The notes beneath the pieces were generated by a model. That model saw only the letters and a list, made by a program, of their open reading frames with translations. It was not told the DNA's origin and did no database searches. Made by a program: the position numbers and the translations under genes. DNA of 58,310 nucleotides, filler included, from Sphacelaria rigidula (lineage: Eukaryota): the NCBI GenBank assembly GCA_964200075.2. It is 7 parts of 7 records of this genome, joined end to end, with 100 filler letters (N's around TTAATTAATTAA, not from the genome) between each part and the next. Parts side by side here need not be neighbours in the genome. Positions count along the whole stretch, not along the records: positions 16,691 to 24,934 come from CAXNAA020011794.1; positions 25,035 to 33,278 come from CAXNAA020011795.1; positions 33,379 to 41,622 come from CAXNAA020011796.1; 4 more parts are not named here. One strand, written 5' to 3'. The first letter of the stretch is position 1, and each line of letters begins with the position of its first letter. Positions 21,811 to 34,241 of the stretch are shown in pieces.

Positions 21811-23391
21811 CTGTGGATCAACGACACACAGTTTGGTTATGAAAAGGTGAAGCGCCCGTGGTCTTCAGAGGCGCCAATTAGAACAGTTGCCAGCGTCACT
21901 CATTGACCGGCTTCCCTGAGGCAGGAGTCGAAAACGATGTAGCCCTACCGTCACCTGTTCAGCGCAGAGATTTCCAACACCCTTGAATCTTAGAAGCGAC
22001 AAAACGTTGTAGCTTGTGTTAGCTACAACGCCAACCGTAGATAGATACGGACCAGCGTCGGTTCCGGGTAATTGGAGGGTGCGGAGATCATGAAAAGTGG
22101 CACGACACTACCCACCACACCTCGCACCCTCCAATTACTGCGCGAAATTTAGGCCATGTTCGCCTAGTACATGGAGTTCAGTCTCCACTCTTCGGTATTG
22201 ACGCCCTCAAATAATATGTTCACGTTGTAGCTGATACACTGAGCTCGATCCTAATTTGAATATATACCACATCGATATATCCGCGACGTTGGGCATGCTA
22301 ACTAACTGCATAGTCTATCTTCGTAACGCGTATTCTCATCTATTCGGGAGTTGTTCCTTCATCGCATTCTCTCATTCATCACTGCCGAGAACAAAATTTG
22401 GAAAATCGCCGGCTCACCGAGCGAAGGACGTCGGCGGTCTCGTCAGCAGCTGCCGCCGCATCGAATCTGGATCTTCGAAACGCGTCCAGTGTCGCCGTTT
22501 CTCGTGTCTCCACGTTCCAGGCGAGCTGTTTCGGAGATCAAGTTTGGAGATAGTGCCGACACTTCTAAGGACGTGGAGATGCCGACGCGAAATCTTCGTA
22601 GACCGTCGGCAGGGCCAGCGCAAGCGCCGCACGCGCACGTTAGGACTCGCCATAGGAGAAAATGCCACGGTAGGGGTACACCTATTTTTTTCTTCTTTCC
22701 TGAGGCTCTTTGTTGTAGGAGCCTCTCGATGACAAATATCTTGGCCTTAGTCTACAGCCTCAGGAAAACGTTTGGACTGACGACTGCACCCCTACCGTGG
22801 CATCACTCATCAGGGGTATGCTATGCGGCGTTTTTTTTCTCTGGTCGTTTGCCTTATCCACAGCAGTGCAACCCTATGGTGCAGTGCACGTGTGTCAACC
22901 ACCCAAAGAGGACAGTCGTGATTGAAACGGCCGTGACAAGAAGGCAGTCACGATCGTGTCTGGTAGGCGCACTCGTTGACCTCTTCACTGCGAGCACCGG
23001 TCGGCATATAATCTCCAAAACAGTGATCGAGTACTTGGCTGGTGTGCTCCTTTCCCCTACCGGTCTACGACTCACACACAGGCAATCTACTACATATACT
23101 TGCGCGGGCGAGCTGTATGTATGCCGTGCGAATCCGACCAGACAACGCTTGCGCGTTCACTGGCATTCCTGACTATACTGTAAGTCGACCGAATGTCTCG
23201 GATTAGTTCTTCTCGAACATGTTGCCACTGACTAGTCGTTGTACCGCACCTGTAGCGCTCTCGCTGTGAAAAACGGCTGAGATTTTTCACGTGCAGTTTT
23301 GTGTAACAATGTAAAGACTGCTCTACGCCCAGAAACACTCAAATATAATTGGAGAGTCCACTGAAGGGGTGGAATGCGCTGTACCCTATAC

Positions 23392-24610
23392 CTTTTCTTC
23401 GATCATTGCTGCCTTGCGGTCCAGGGCGGCCAGCGCTCTATCCTTCTGTTGCGCATCCAGCATAAGCCCTGAGAACTCCCGCAATCCACGGGCCTTTCGC
23501 CAGAAAACACCGACGACGATAACGACAAGTTCAATTTGAAAAATAGGGGGGAAAACATTTCGTCATTGGCACTGTAGCTACGGTTTCCGCCGGTATTGCG
23601 TAACTGTGGTGACGTCTGACTTCAAATCGACGTTATAAGGTCAATCTCCCACCGACCACATAGACGCTGCTCCAAAACCGTAAGCAGCCAGCACAGCGCG
23701 CACATGCGTTATCCACTTGTCGAGCACCATGAACGCATACCAAAGTATTGCGGGTTATCCATAAATCCAACCATGCCCTCCCCTGAGCCTGCCTGGCGCT
23801 ATATTCACTGCTAATACCACACCCACGAGGGTTAAAGAGCAGCGGGTACACGAGGTTCCTTGTCCTGCAAGAGTCATTGTTGGTAGGCGGGGTTACAATG
23901 ACGGGGCGTTCTACAGGTTCTCCGAGGACTCTGGCCTTCAACACCCCTCTCACTTCCATCATTTAAGGCATAGAATTTGCAACGCGGTCGCGGTAGCGAT
24001 ACAACGGAACGGAGAGGAGAAAAATGCCCCCAGAAAACACAATGAGGTCACACCTGAGATAGCAAAAACGTCTCCCAAACTACCATTTTGGAAGTAAAGG
24101 CAGACGTTATTGGTCATCGACGATCGATCACTGCATTGCGAATATCAGCTTCCAGATAATTGTCTGTGAAAGCCTTCTGGATAGCCGTCTGTGGAAACCT
24201 TCCAGACCCCGCGCACATTAAAGATTACACATTAAATTTTTCGTCGTGCGTACCCAAAGAAGGGTTGTTTCCACCGCACACAGAAAAATAAACGGTGACG
24301 TTCTTAGGCCTGTATTCGAGCGGTATATTCCACAGGAGTAAGCCCTCACCTCCACAGGTGTTCTGGGTCCCAGGCTGGAAAAATTCCTCGGATCGAAATG
24401 CGCCCCTCTTGGTGAAACTTCCGTTGTCCCTTCTCCTTCCCACCACGCACCAGCAGTATATCCATTATCGTCATGTGCACGTGGATCCGACGCTCCGGTC
24501 ATGGTCCAGCCGAAGGTGCCCATCCTCCAATCTTCGAAATCGGCAAACAAATCCGCTGAGACGTGGGCACCATTTAGAAACGCCTTCGTGAAGAAGCGGT
24601 CCATTATTTT
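23392..24610 (-). CDS. Putative additional exons (23493-23392; ~23960-23820; ~24610-24350), product unknown
   Basis: Open, protein-like segments. Two end in GT donors (ARGLREFSGLMLDAQQKDRALAALDRKAAMIEEK|gtatag and ...HFDPRNFSSLGPRTPVE|gtgagg). Connectivity is uncertain. Confidence 0.4.
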
Positions 24611-24934
24611 GGTGGGATTAAATGCGCGTAAACAGGGAGAGTAGGGGTGCAAAGAGCGTGGGCGATGGAAGAGGTGGCGGCTTCAGGGAGCGGAGGGGGG
24701 ACAGGGCAGGGGTAGAACAGAATGGATACTAGGTTGCACGCGCAGTCGACGAAACGTTGTCGAGAACGTAACTTCTGTGGGACGTCAAGTGAACGATGTG
24801 CTGCCACAGTGTCTCGCTTAGACCATGTATATCCAGGGGTAAAGGATATATATGATCGATTGATTGATTGATTGTCGCACTTTAACTGACCCCCCAGGGG
24901 TCCAGCCGTGGTCGCATGATAGACGTACCCAAGA

Positions 24935-25034
24935 NNNNNNNNNNNNNNNNNNNNNNNNNNNNNNNNNNNNNNNNNNNNTTAATTAATTAANNNNNNNNNN
25001 NNNNNNNNNNNNNNNNNNNNNNNNNNNNNNNNNN
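24935..25034. other. Artificial contig-joining spacer
   Basis: Same 100-bp spacer. Confidence 0.98.
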
Positions 25035-25099
25035 CCTCCGGGTTCTCATCCTCAATCAAAAGCACCATCCTCAACATAGATGATTGGCTGTTAGCAGCT

Positions 25100-25990
25100 G
25101 AAGTTTCGGAGTAAGCTTGATCAATAAGTCGAGGACGTGGCGTGGCCGGCCTCGCTACAGCCGCCGAAATTCGGGTGTGATATCAACCAACCAGTCGAGG
25201 GAGAATGGTGCCCGATTTCCCAACAACAGTTGGCGTTCCGGCATCAACCGACCGACCAAGGGGGTGGGATGTGCTGCCGCAATTCAACAACTTTCGTGGG
25301 CTGCGATCAATCAGTCAAGGGAGTAGAATGGTCAGCCTCGTTACAGCAGCTGGCGTTTAGGCATAGATTCTAATCGTTCAATCGAACGAGTGACGTGGTC
25401 TGCTGCCTCGCTGTTTGAGTTAACATTCGGTCCTTGGTTTTACTGGCCAAATCGAGGGTGACATGGCCCGCCGGCTCATTGCAACAGCTCATGTTCCCGC
25501 AGGAGTTTGACCAGCCAATCGAGGGGGCTCGCGCCAGGTGATTTAGAGAGTGGATTGGCCTGCCTCACTGCGGTAGGTGATACTCGGAGATGAGTTTAAC
25601 CCCTTGGGCGCGAGGGTAGTCTACCTGGACTATGCGTACTCTTTCCAAGTGAAATTAAAGCCGATCGACAGATGACTCAAGGCCGTCGCCAAAGGGTTGA
25701 GCAACCAATCGAGGGAGTGGCATGAACTCCTTCAATGCAGCGCATGATTTTCGGGGATAAGTTGAGGCAACCAATGGAGGAGGTGAGGTGGCCACTCTCG
25801 CTACAGCCGTTAGATTAATAGACCAATCGAAATAATGGGGCGGGCTTCCTCGACAAACAGCTTGCTGACGTTTGGACACGTGTTCCGCTTGGCAAGCGAG
25901 GGGATTACGTGGCCTACATCACTGAGCCAGCCGCCATTCGGACATTACTTCAGTCGACCGTGGCCAACCTCGCTACAGCATTTGACGTTC
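25100..25990 (+). pseudogene. FNIP-repeat (LRR-like) protein pseudogene
   Basis: Many ~22-aa units such as VAWPASLQPPKFGCDINQPVEG, VEWSASLQQLAF, FDQPIEG and ITWPTSLSQPPFG, with stops and frameshifts. Confidence 0.85.
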
Positions 25991-26379
25991 AAAAACCCCG
26001 CATACCCCGGGCGTGGGATTGGTACATCGACAGTCAGGTCGGGGAAGGTGGCGAGTTCAAATCTCGACAGATACGCCATTTTGGAGTCATGTTCGGTCCC
26101 CGTCCCTGAAAGCGCGGTTCCGTGAAGAGCAAAGAAAAAATACCAAGTTGCGAGGTAACACGGTGCGGTGCGGGGGCGCTGATACAATCCGCGACGCCAG
26201 TGTTTCCAGCAGGTGCTGGGGAAGAGTGGTGTTGATTATCCCTCGATACTACTAAATCGTATGGGGAAGGAGAAGGGGAAAGTCCTACGGAAAGAACCGT
26301 AGCCTCCACCAACCAGTCGAAAGCGTACTATGGTCGGCTGAGTTACAGCAAAATATGTTCGAGTGCTCCTCGAACTAGG

Positions 26380-26912
26380 GAATCTGCAGGTCACGTTACT
26401 CCTTAGAGATAGGCCACCTACTACGATTGACTCAGAGCAGAATCCAAACGTCAACCAACTGCTTCAGCATGTCGTGTCACGTCACCCCGTTGATCAGTTG
26501 GTTGGACTCTTCCTTCCTCGAACGTCAGTTGCTTCAGCGCGGTGAGCCATTTGTGGTCTTGCTATTCGGGTCAAAGATGGCCTTGGAGCTTGCCCTGCAC
26601 GTTAAAGGTCTTCATCTTTTAAAGTCGTAAATAATGGGCAGAGAACTTGGAGAGTTATATACGCCGCTCAAGACCGCAGTGACTTGAACATCCGAATGGT
26701 GTTCCTTACACAGTCTGAAGTTCAAGGCCCTCCACCAAAAAGAAGGTATTGTTGGTGGAAATCAGATCCAATTCACTGATATAGTCAGGGGGGGGATACC
26801 ACAACAAATCGGGTTGGCTGTCTTTATATAGCGAACAAACCATTTGAAGACAGCCGTGGTAAAAACGGTAGGCGTATAGGCTTAGTCTGCGCTCTGCTGG
26901 CGGCGGCGCCAT
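26380..26912 (-). pseudogene. Second, convergent FNIP-repeat pseudogene fragment
   Basis: Minus-strand WLTALKQLTF, NQLINGVT*HDMLKQL and TFG pieces preceded by a short ATG-initiated N-terminal ORF (26912-26706). Confidence 0.55.
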
Positions 26913-27884
26913 AGCTCAATCATGCGAACTCGCTGTCGCGACAGCTGTGCAACGTACATCTTGTATGGGAATACCCGGAGCGTACCCTCCTGGTACATGG
27001 TCAGACCGCGGACTACGATGGTTCTTCATTCATGTCTGCTGAGAAGTAGGTGACCGAACAGCTCTGGGATAAACTAATCGCGCAGGCTTTATACATATAT
27101 AAATAAGGAGACCAGATGCGTGAGCGAGCACCAGCTACATTTTTACACAAACCCGCCGTGGGGCGTGGCGAAACAGAACGCGGTTTCCGCATACCGCTGA
27201 CGAGCCCTTTCTCAACACTGCATCGTCACGGAACGCAGGTGCCGATCAAGATGTAGTGTATTTTGTACTTGGAAAAAACACGAACACAAACCACTTGTGT
27301 ACGTCCCAGCAATGCAATATCAATGGTTTTCCACCCGCCCCCTCAAAACAAAACGGCGAAGGAAGCGAAAGCGCTAGCTTTTCAAGTGATCCATCCGGAT
27401 CGGCACACAAAACTCTACCCTACACTCGCCGCCATCATTTCGCGCTTTCAAGGGACACGCCTTTATCGGTACCGATCTCTTGCCCAGCCCAGTCTCCCCT
27501 TCCCGCCCACGCCTACTCGACAAACAACGACGGTAGCCACGGCAAGTTCGCGCCACTTGTTCGGAGTTCCCATGTCTTGCTGCTTCTAGCCGCATCAATG
27601 CGTGGTCATCACACCCGCTCGCTACCGACAAAAACTCGAGAGGACTTTCTGACGATGACCCCGTCAGCAGAAAATTGAAAACACGTAACGCATTCTGCCG
27701 CTCTCCAGCTGTAGCAGCAGCTGAAACGGCAGCAAACGCAAGGAGACGTTGCTGCCCCACGCTCCTCGACCCTCCATACTCGGAACGACAACGATTGAAA
27801 ACGCTCCCGCGTCGATGTCGTACTTGCGTTTCTCGTGCCTGCGTCCAGTGAGGCCAGCAAGAGAGTCGTTGCCGTTTTCGCTCC

Positions 27885-28687
27885 TTAGAAACCGTGGAGG
27901 ACGACCTATTTCGAACGCGAGTAATGTAGCGGCAAAATAGAACGGCAAGGTTGATGAGACACATGAAAGTGCAAACAGCGAGAGCTGAAAAACAAGACTA
28001 CGACCGCATGTTGACAAGCAGTAATTGATTCGTCATGTCTGCGCTCATCAGAAGAACGCACACTGCTACATTACCTCGTACTCTTCACCTCCGCGACACG
28101 AAACGCACACATGAATCTTTCCAAGTGCAGAACAAGTCTAGCTGCTGCGCCTTCCACCGCTCTCATCTACTTGGAATGGTCGTGAATATACAAGGCGGTC
28201 GCGAGAGCCGGGCCAAACTCGTTCACGTCCGGGAGCCTGGTGCTCAGCTTGAAAAAAACAACGCCCACACATGTCCTCGAAAGCTGTCAGCTCATAATGA
28301 GACCCCCAACCCGACCTGTCAACGTCATCTTTCGAGCACCAGACAGACGTACAAACTGGGCCGGCCAACACAGGGGGGATCCACCAATATACCACGCGGC
28401 ACTCTATTTTTCCAGTTGAAACTCGAAATTTCGAAATTTCGACACGGGTTCGCGAAAAAGTAGCCGACGCAGTCACGGTGGGATATTTTTCTTCTTCTCG
28501 CTGAGATACGACCAATCCATTTGTATTTGACCCGACATCAAGATCGAATTGTTCGTGCCTTCGCTAACAGAGGGTGGATAGGGGGGGGGGGGGGGGGGGG
28601 GGGTTGAATGGGTGGGGGGGTTTGGGGCGAATTTTGTGCCGAAATTGGGGTCTCGACCCCAAAATATCNNNNNNNNTAGGGGGGGGT

Positions 28688-28743
<56 letters not shown>

Positions 28744-31700
28744 CTCGGGATTGAATGTGTCGGAGAGTTTCGTGCGAATCTTGTGCCGAAATTCGGGTCT
28801 CGACTCGAAAATATCAATAGACGCGTACCCACATGTACAGATATTTTCAAGATCGCTTCGCACACAAATTTACAAAAATAGGAAATGTCATTGTACGACC
28901 ATAACTTTCGAATGACAAAGAGTAACAGAAGGTGATATTGATCGTTTTCCCCCCTCGCATCGGGATCCACACCCTCTCAGCGTTTGATCAAATTTGGAAT
29001 AACTTTAGATGTAGGATCTCTAGTGGGCAACGCAAGAATCCGTCGGCCAACAAGTGCGAAAACGGAGACGCGAATTTCACGACTTCAACGAGTCCATTAC
29101 AACGATATGCTCAGCTTGCCCTTACTAGGCGTCCTTAAAAAATGGGCATCCAACACATCATGGGTTACTCAGCCGGCCCAGCTTGTTGTACAAAGTAAAT
29201 TACATGGCACAGGTGGTCTGTTCACCCCACTGTCGCCTCCAACCTTGTAGAACAGCAACGAGACAGTAGGGTCCAGTTTGTACCTGGCTGGCAGCGCAGA
29301 TCTGTTGGTCGACCAAGAATTCATGGATGTTCGTCCGCTGGTCTCCCGACATCTGCACCACTTCCCCTCCATCTGCGTCACTCACGATTGCGCCGTTGCA
29401 GCTGACATCACGAAAACGAGGAGTGAAGGCGTGGAGGGGGAATGAATCTGAGGTGCTCCGTTTGTGCAGCGGGTGGTGTTTCGCCGTTGTGGTATACGCC
29501 AGACGTTGCTATTGCACGGATAGGGGTGTCGTGCTCGTCCTGTGTGCTGTATTTAGTGTACCATATCATGTTCTCTCCTCCTGTGGTGGCAAAGTACAAC
29601 TTGATTGCTCGACTGGCACTGTACTGTACTGTACCGTGTTGGTCCTTCACGGTGTGTGGTTTTCCACGGTGTATGAGTAATGGTTCTCCGGGAAATACTC
29701 TTGTAATACTTTCCTCGTATGTGATGTGATATCGCTGCACAATGTAGCACGGTTAGGACGAATCACCCAAGGGAGAAAAAAGTTGACCGCCGGTCCAAGG
29801 GGTATACACGCAACTTTTGCGCCATTCCACTTGTCTGGGCTGCGTGTACCTGGGTTGCAACGCTGAAATAAAGCCTAGGGATTGATTTGTACGATTCGAA
29901 TCAATGACATAAAACAAAGTCATTTCCAGACGAATCGTTGATTTGTCCGACCCTTGCAATGTAGCACCAATTGCCCGCTCCACCGCAGTGTGTTACACCG
30001 ACAAGGGGCACAACGCATACGGGCTTCGTGTCGTCTGTAGAATCGTCATGACAACATTGATTTGAAGATACGCTTGGTATATGCCGCTATCGCCGTTCGC
30101 AACGCACAACCCAAACAATTTTTTGAAAGTGAATATCTTGATTCACCCTCACCGGAAGATCCGCCGTAAGAGGGGGGTTGTACACTTTTTTTTAGCACCA
30201 CAGACCGTAGACCCCATTGGCTAAAACCGAGGTATTTCCAAGGGGAAACGGGACAATAATTTCCGTCCTCTCAAAGGTATAGGGGCGGAACGGGAAATTC
30301 CCGTCCCACCACGTCCCGTCCCGGGAAATGTGTACATGAACCCCGAAATACATACGCTGAGACAGGGATTTTGTGAAAGGGAAACCTCCACCGATCAGGG
30401 GACAAAAAACGTGCAGAGTTCACCTATTCAAGAAAGATGGCCTACACATGGCAAAATAACCGAACACATCCCGAAATATCTTGCCTCTCCGGTGAGATTA
30501 TACGAGATTAAGTTCCATCTGATGAAAGCGGGGAACACCAAGACGAGATTGGAATGGAGCGAGAAATGTCATCACCACCAAAGTAATACAGGATAGCACG
30601 GGAAATGTGCCCCCGTGAAGATAATGGGAGTAGACGGAAAGTTCTGATACTTTCCGTCGTTTTCCCCGTGAGATTGTTTGCCCGCGAAAAGCCCTGCCAA
30701 AAACGACCGGAGGGACGGGAGACAAGGGGGACGAGGGGGGGGTGCTACGTATCTTACTGTTATAACATATAGCACACATGCTGGGTCACATTTATAAGGG
30801 AAGGGCAATGGGTGCGCCTGTACACGCAAACTGCACGGCAACCCGCGGGAGCAGACAGGCACGTCTGCAAAATCCCTGTGGGGTCTACGATGGGGGTCCT
30901 CATTTTTGTCCAAGCTCGTCTTGCTTCAGGGAAGCCTCGATCGCCCTTCACGGTGCAAGAATCGCGGTCTTTTACAACGTCGGCAATGCAGTCCTTGCTA
31001 CTCTCCCCATGTGAAACGGTTCGGTCGAGTGCCCGGTCAGTAGCACGAGCTGTCACAGGTGCTTGAAATCAATCACGAGGAAACAGCCATTTCGTCACGA
31101 AAACGGTGAGGGCTGGGGGTGGCTGGGGAGGCTATGGTGCGTGCGAAACGAGTGACGACCCCCTCGCGTTGAGGACCCAACAGGGGAGAGTAAGGCCACG
31201 ACGCTGCTGTGGACGCTTGTTGTTGAGACCCTTCGACAGCGCTTTAGCCACAAACTTGCGCAAGTAAAAACTTCAAACCGAACGGACAGCGCCACATACC
31301 CACCGAACAAAATGTGGGCGTGAACACCATGAAACTAGACAAGGAATAGCGACACAACGATCAGTGGATGTGTGTTATCATCCCCATTTATCCTGTACGC
31401 CGGTCTACACCTTTCGGTATATGTGGGCGCACCAGCCGGAATCACACAGGAGAAAGGACAACACAGGAGTTTCACCTCGTTTGTTTTGGTTCTCCACCTT
31501 CCTTCTGCGGTGCTTGTCTTTATTTTTTATCGCGTGAGGGGTTCAGCGGTCCATTTCCCTTGTCGACCATGAAGTCGAATTTTATGTACCCACAATGTAG
31601 TCGCTTTTCACTATTGGGCACTTTTGGAGAAAAATCCCAGATCACTCCGAGAGTCGAACCCACAACCCAACCGGCACGGGAAGTAGATGGAAAAAAAACA

Positions 31701-31893
31701 AGCAGCAGAATAATACAAAACACGTACAACACAAACCTGAAGTTCTTCTTGAAAGCCTTGAGGATACGCTTGAGGTCGAGGTCGTCCGCTAGCCCTTGCA
31801 CCGTCGTGATACACTTGCGCCCACTGCGCTGCTGCACTCGAACATGGACCTTGGTCTGGTCCCGGCGCTCCTCCTGCGAGTCGGCGAAGGGGT
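27885..31893 (-). CDS. EIF1: Translation initiation factor eIF1 (SUI1)
   Basis: Exons 31893-31737 (DPFAD...VHVRVQQRSGRKCITTVQGLADDLDLKRILKAFKKNF), 29401-29284 (SCNGAIV...EVVQMSGDQRTNIHEFLVDQQIC) and 27905-27885 (VVLHGF*). All are GT-AG and phase-consistent. Candidate first exon 32142-32097 is uncertain. Confidence 0.96.
30245..30725. mobile_element. Probable MITE relic in eIF1 intron
   Basis: Clustered cccgtccc motifs at left and gggacggga motifs at right. Limits are approximate. Confidence 0.45.
31368..31680 (-). mobile_element. tRNA-derived SINE in eIF1 intron (5'-truncated)
   Basis: Reverse complement matches 36022-36377, including B box ggttcgactc and 3' tail. Confidence 0.82.
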
Positions 31894-33278
31894 CTGCGGA
31901 GAACAAAGAAAATAACAAAAAGGGGGGAGCTCAGGGAACGCAAATAAGAACGAGATACTCTTGTGAGAATGCGCCCGGTTGCAAGCTTGATGCATGTCTT
32001 TTGAAAAGTATTTCTCTATGAGGACGCCACGTTCCGTTGCATACAGCTTTGTGCTTGACTTTTGTCTCATGCTGTAACCCCCTCCCCCCTCCTCACCTTT
32101 CACAGTTTGTACACAGAGGCTCTGTCCACGCAGCGCTGACATGTGCTCGTAGAAAGTACCCGAATCGACATAGGTAATGGGTTAGATCGGCTAGTTGGTC
32201 GCGGGTGCTCAAGAGGGTTGACTCTATAGCGCCCAGTGGTACAGGCAGCCTTGTAAGCCTGGATAATTTGAGGACTTGGCAATGATTGTCTCGATGAAAG
32301 ACATGGCCCCTACATGGAAATAAGGGGAGGTCTAGGCCCGCCGGGCCATTGCCACCCAACTACTTATCGGTGTCGTGATAACAACAGTAAAGAGTTCACC
32401 ATGACCGGTGGCGACGCCACAACCGCATGCGATATGATGTGTACGAAGGTTCTTCAAGTCGAAGTCTACAGGCGCGCCGCTTGCAGTTTCGCAGGAGCAG
32501 ATATACGACGCCCCAAGAATTCCGACATTCGGGCTCAACCGTGACCATGGACTGCTACACTTGCCGTACTCCAAAAAGAAAAAGTTGTTCTGTCTGATTT
32601 CGCGCCCGAGGACCACATAACGACCAGTAACGTACAGAATCGTCCGACTCGAAATGTCCGCGGGCCTGTCGGGGCGTATTCTCGGAGCAGAAAGCCTTGG
32701 GCATTTCAAGGGTCAAAATACCTGATATAAGAAATGAGAAGGTCGCAGTCAACGGCTTACGGTAACAGTCATCCAGGGTTGATGCGGAACATTCCTCGGT
32801 TCACTACACCACCATGTCAGACAACAGTAGTCAACGGTACTGTACCACCAGGCGCAATAGTCATGAAGCTTCGTTTCGTCCCTAATGCGCCCCCCGTCGA
32901 GGTCTACGCAGGCCACTGTGCGATTATCCACTACATCGCAGTCGTACTAAGTGATCATCGAAGGAGAAAAAAAAGCCCACGCATGACCTGGGTCGTACAG
33001 CGACCCATAGGCACTATTTTCGACGTGGAGTAATAATAGGTCCATCTACAAGGTACGGGATAGTAAAATGCACACTGGGTACCTCTGCCCTGACCACCTG
33101 TTGCTCCCTGTTAAAGCTCAGACAAGGGCTCGACCGCTAGAATAGAGCTGTGAGCGCGCGTCAACAAGTGTTACGGAACCTCACTCCCCCCCCCCCCCGG
33201 CCTTAACCCTTAGTAGGCTTTGGGCCGAACAATCTTAGCAGGATGCAGCTCACCCTTCATGCGACTCGCCGAGCACAC

Positions 33279-33378
33279 NNNNNNNNNNNNNNNNNNNNNN
33301 NNNNNNNNNNNNNNNNNNNNNNTTAATTAATTAANNNNNNNNNNNNNNNNNNNNNNNNNNNNNNNNNNNNNNNNNNNN
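33279..33378. other. Artificial contig-joining spacer
   Basis: Same 100-bp spacer. Confidence 0.98.
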
Positions 33379-33890
33379 GACCTCGCATCCCTACAAAGCC
33401 GGGACGGAGCACGCCGGGTTTTCACCGGACCAGGCTCGCACTCGATCACCAATCGCGAAGCGCCGTGGTGCGCTCAGCGAGTCGCATGAAAGGGGGAGCT
33501 GCATCCTGCTATGATAATTCCGCCCGAAGCCTGCTGATTATCTGGCATTTGGATGACAGCCTCCAATGAGTTGCTTCATTTTCTGGTATCGCCACTTCCA
33601 TAGACAGCCACGGCTCATACACGACCTCATGGGTGTCTCACCATTTAAACACCATGTAGAAAGATCGAAGGTTCTCCCATCCCGCACAAAATGATTTACC
33701 TCGATCACCATCATGGTTACCGCAAAAAAAACGCAAGCGCGCAAAATAATCGGTAGCCTGGTTACTCAGCGTAGGTAGTGAGTGGCGTGTTTAACAGCGT
33801 CATCACCAACCGACGCAAACCCCGAAGAAAGGTCCGCTCCTGCAAAGCCGGGACGGAGCACGCCAGGTTTTCACCGGACCAGGCTCAGGA
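33379..33890 (+). repeat. Dispersed repeat family copy (same family as 17381-18546)
   Basis: Colinear similarity over ~450 bp plus a partial second start. Confidence 0.85.
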
Positions 33891-34241
33891 GAGAGAGGGG
33901 GGAGGGGAACCCGGCAACAGTGACGAGCTTCATCCTACAAGATGAAGTCAGTCTTTCTGTGGTCGACATCAATCATGAGAAAGCCATCAGCACTACCAGC
34001 ACTACTTCCACCACTTCAATTACTACTACCGCTAATATGGATGATGGCAACAACAAACCACAAAACACCGCTTTCTAAAACATAAAATTCGAATACCGTG
34101 ACCACGAACCTCCAACATCATACACCGAAACACGGAAACATACAGCAAAAGCAGCACCAACACCGACGACTCAGAGCCAACGGGACAGCCACCATGCTTT
34201 TACCCCCCATACCCCGTCACGTCACGTCACGTCACACACAC

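Noticed and set aside
28575..28815. Tandem duplication with long poly-G tracts (G-quadruplex locus, poly-Pro ORFs)
   Set aside because: The first copy is a G-biased error-like version of the second and flanks an internal N gap. This is typical of sequencing failure and mis-joining at a homopolymer.
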